Shown here: piece by piece, positions 50,171 to 51,236 of the stretch
Position numbering within the stretch: position 1 is the stretch's first letter
Layout of the letters: each line of letters opens with the position of its first letter
From: an uncultured Pseudomonadota bacterium
Lineage (GTDB): Bacteria > Pseudomonadota > Gammaproteobacteria > Burkholderiales > Casimicrobiaceae
Assembly: GCA_937898875.1 (NCBI GenBank)
Contig: CALDKM010000013.1
Span: 1 to 51,236, forward strand
DNA length: 51,236 nucleotides
Direction of reading: 5' to 3'
Position numbers and translations under genes: made by a program
Notes under the pieces: model-generated
Database searches by the model: none
Told to the model about the DNA's origin: nothing
Seen by the model: only the letters and a program-made list of their open reading frames with translations

Positions 50171-50809
50171 CTACGTGTTCTCGATCAGGATCTCTTCGAT
50201 CGTCTTGGCGGCGTCCTCGCAGCGGTCGAGGACCTCTTCCTGGAGCGCGTAGAACTCGCGCAGCTTGATCGCCGTCCACACGCTCGCCTCACCGCCGAAG
50301 AGGGCCGCGATCGCCTTGCGCTGGACGCGGTCCGCCTGCGACTCGATCGCGTCGATCTCCCTGCACAGGTCGACGGTCTCCTTCCGGTGCGTCTTGTCGG
50401 GCAGCGCGATCACGGCACGGCTGAGGCGCATGCACGCGTCGGCGCCGAGCGCCGCGAGTTCGCGTGCCTCGGCCGTCGATTCCATGATGTTGTACATGCC
50501 CACGGCGTTGGCGACGTCCTGGATCGCGTTGAGCACCAGGTCGAGACCGATCGTCAGCGTGTGGATCTGGTCGCGGTTGATCGGCGTGGTGAACGAACGG
50601 TGCAGCAGCTGGATGAGCTCGTACTTGATCCTGTCGCCGGCCTGCTCGTTCAGGTTGACCTCCGCGATCAGCACCGGGATGTCCGCGGTGCCGCTGCCCA
50701 GGCCGTTCATCAGGTGCAGCACGGCGTTCGCGCCGGCGACGACGCGGTCGGCATGCGCCGCCAGCAGCTCGTAGAACTCCTTGCGCTGAGGCATCAGGCT
50801 GCTGAACAC
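50171..50809 (-). CDS. DUF47 (PhoU-like) Pit accessory protein
   Basis: EQAGDRI..LHRSFTTPINR..ESQAD..WTAIK..DRCEDAAKTIEEILIEN. Confidence 0.9.
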   Translation of the reverse strand: MFSSLMPQRKEFYELLAAHADRVVAGANAVLHLMNGLGSGTADIPVLIAEVNLNEQAGDRIKYELIQLLHRSFTTPINRDQIHTLTIGLDLVLNAIQDVANAVGMYNIMESTAEARELAALGADACMRLSRAVIALPDKTHRKETVDLCREIDAIESQADRVQRKAIAALFGGEASVWTAIKLREFYALQEEVLDRCEDAAKTIEEILIENT

Positions 50810-50952
50810 GAAGGGCTCCTCGATGCGACGGCCGATTCCGGATCCGGCGTGCGGACAACGCGCGATGCTGCCGCCCGGGAAAACGGGGGTCGGGGCGTCG
50901 CCGTCATCGGTCGCGACGCCGGACGTCTGCGGCAGTCACCTGCGCGCGGTCG

Positions 50953-50993
50953 AGCATACGCGGCGAACCCGCACCGGCATTGACGCGGGTCAA
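50953..50993 (-). promoter_or_regulatory. FNR-type box plus -10 upstream of DUF47-pit-DUF47
   Basis: TTGAC-gcgg-GTCAA at 50980-50993 and minus-strand TATGCT at 50953-50958. Confidence 0.68.
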
Positions 50994-51054
50994 GCCGGGG
51001 GCGGCGCACCCTCGTACGCCGATCCGCCGCGCGAGCCCGTCGGCCGGGAAATGC

Positions 51055-51081
51055 AAACGCCCCGCGCGAAGCGGGGCGTTT
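51055..51081 (-). terminator. Intrinsic terminator downstream of rpoD (possibly bidirectional)
   Basis: Perfect 11-bp inverted repeat aaacgccccgc-gcgaa-gcggggcgttt with short T tracts. Confidence 0.75.
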
Positions 51082-51119
51082 CACATGCGTCCGCCTCAAG
51101 CCGGACGCTCAAAGGCTCG

Positions 51120-51236
<117 letters not shown>

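Overview
Very GC-rich bacterial chromosomal window. Gene content and the RpoD/ThrH/Pat sequences suggest a betaproteobacterium (inference). It is densely coded: about 54 protein genes, one probable pseudogene and one tRNA-Ile2(CAU). It runs from the 3' part of a 2-oxoacid:ferredoxin oxidoreductase beta gene to the 3' end of rpoD. I saw no integrase, transposase or CRISPR array. Two sulfur-related systems stand out. (1) 24293-29024 is a six-gene, fully stop/start-overlapped operon joining a Tat-exported xanthine-oxidase-family molybdoenzyme (IorA/IorB-like) to paralogous SoxX, SoxY with an AACIE arm, SoxZ and SoxA, with no soxB/soxCD in the window. (2) In 3376-9417 a sulfide:quinone oxidoreductase sits between the adaptor and pump genes of an RND exporter. 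This operon is flanked by two DUF2892/YgaP-like membrane proteins and preceded by a class II CRP-type box that fits a nearby Cys-containing Crp/Fnr regulator. Other notable items are three FNR-type boxes with identical spacing to their -10 elements (K+ channel, orphan gene, DUF47-pit-DUF47), a formyltransferase/hydrolase-2xACT fusion, a CPA2 antiporter with a cNMP-binding domain, a sulfotransferase-like coiled-coil protein and an internally deleted nucleotidyl-cyclase pseudogene. All family calls come from reading motifs by eye. No database searches were run.
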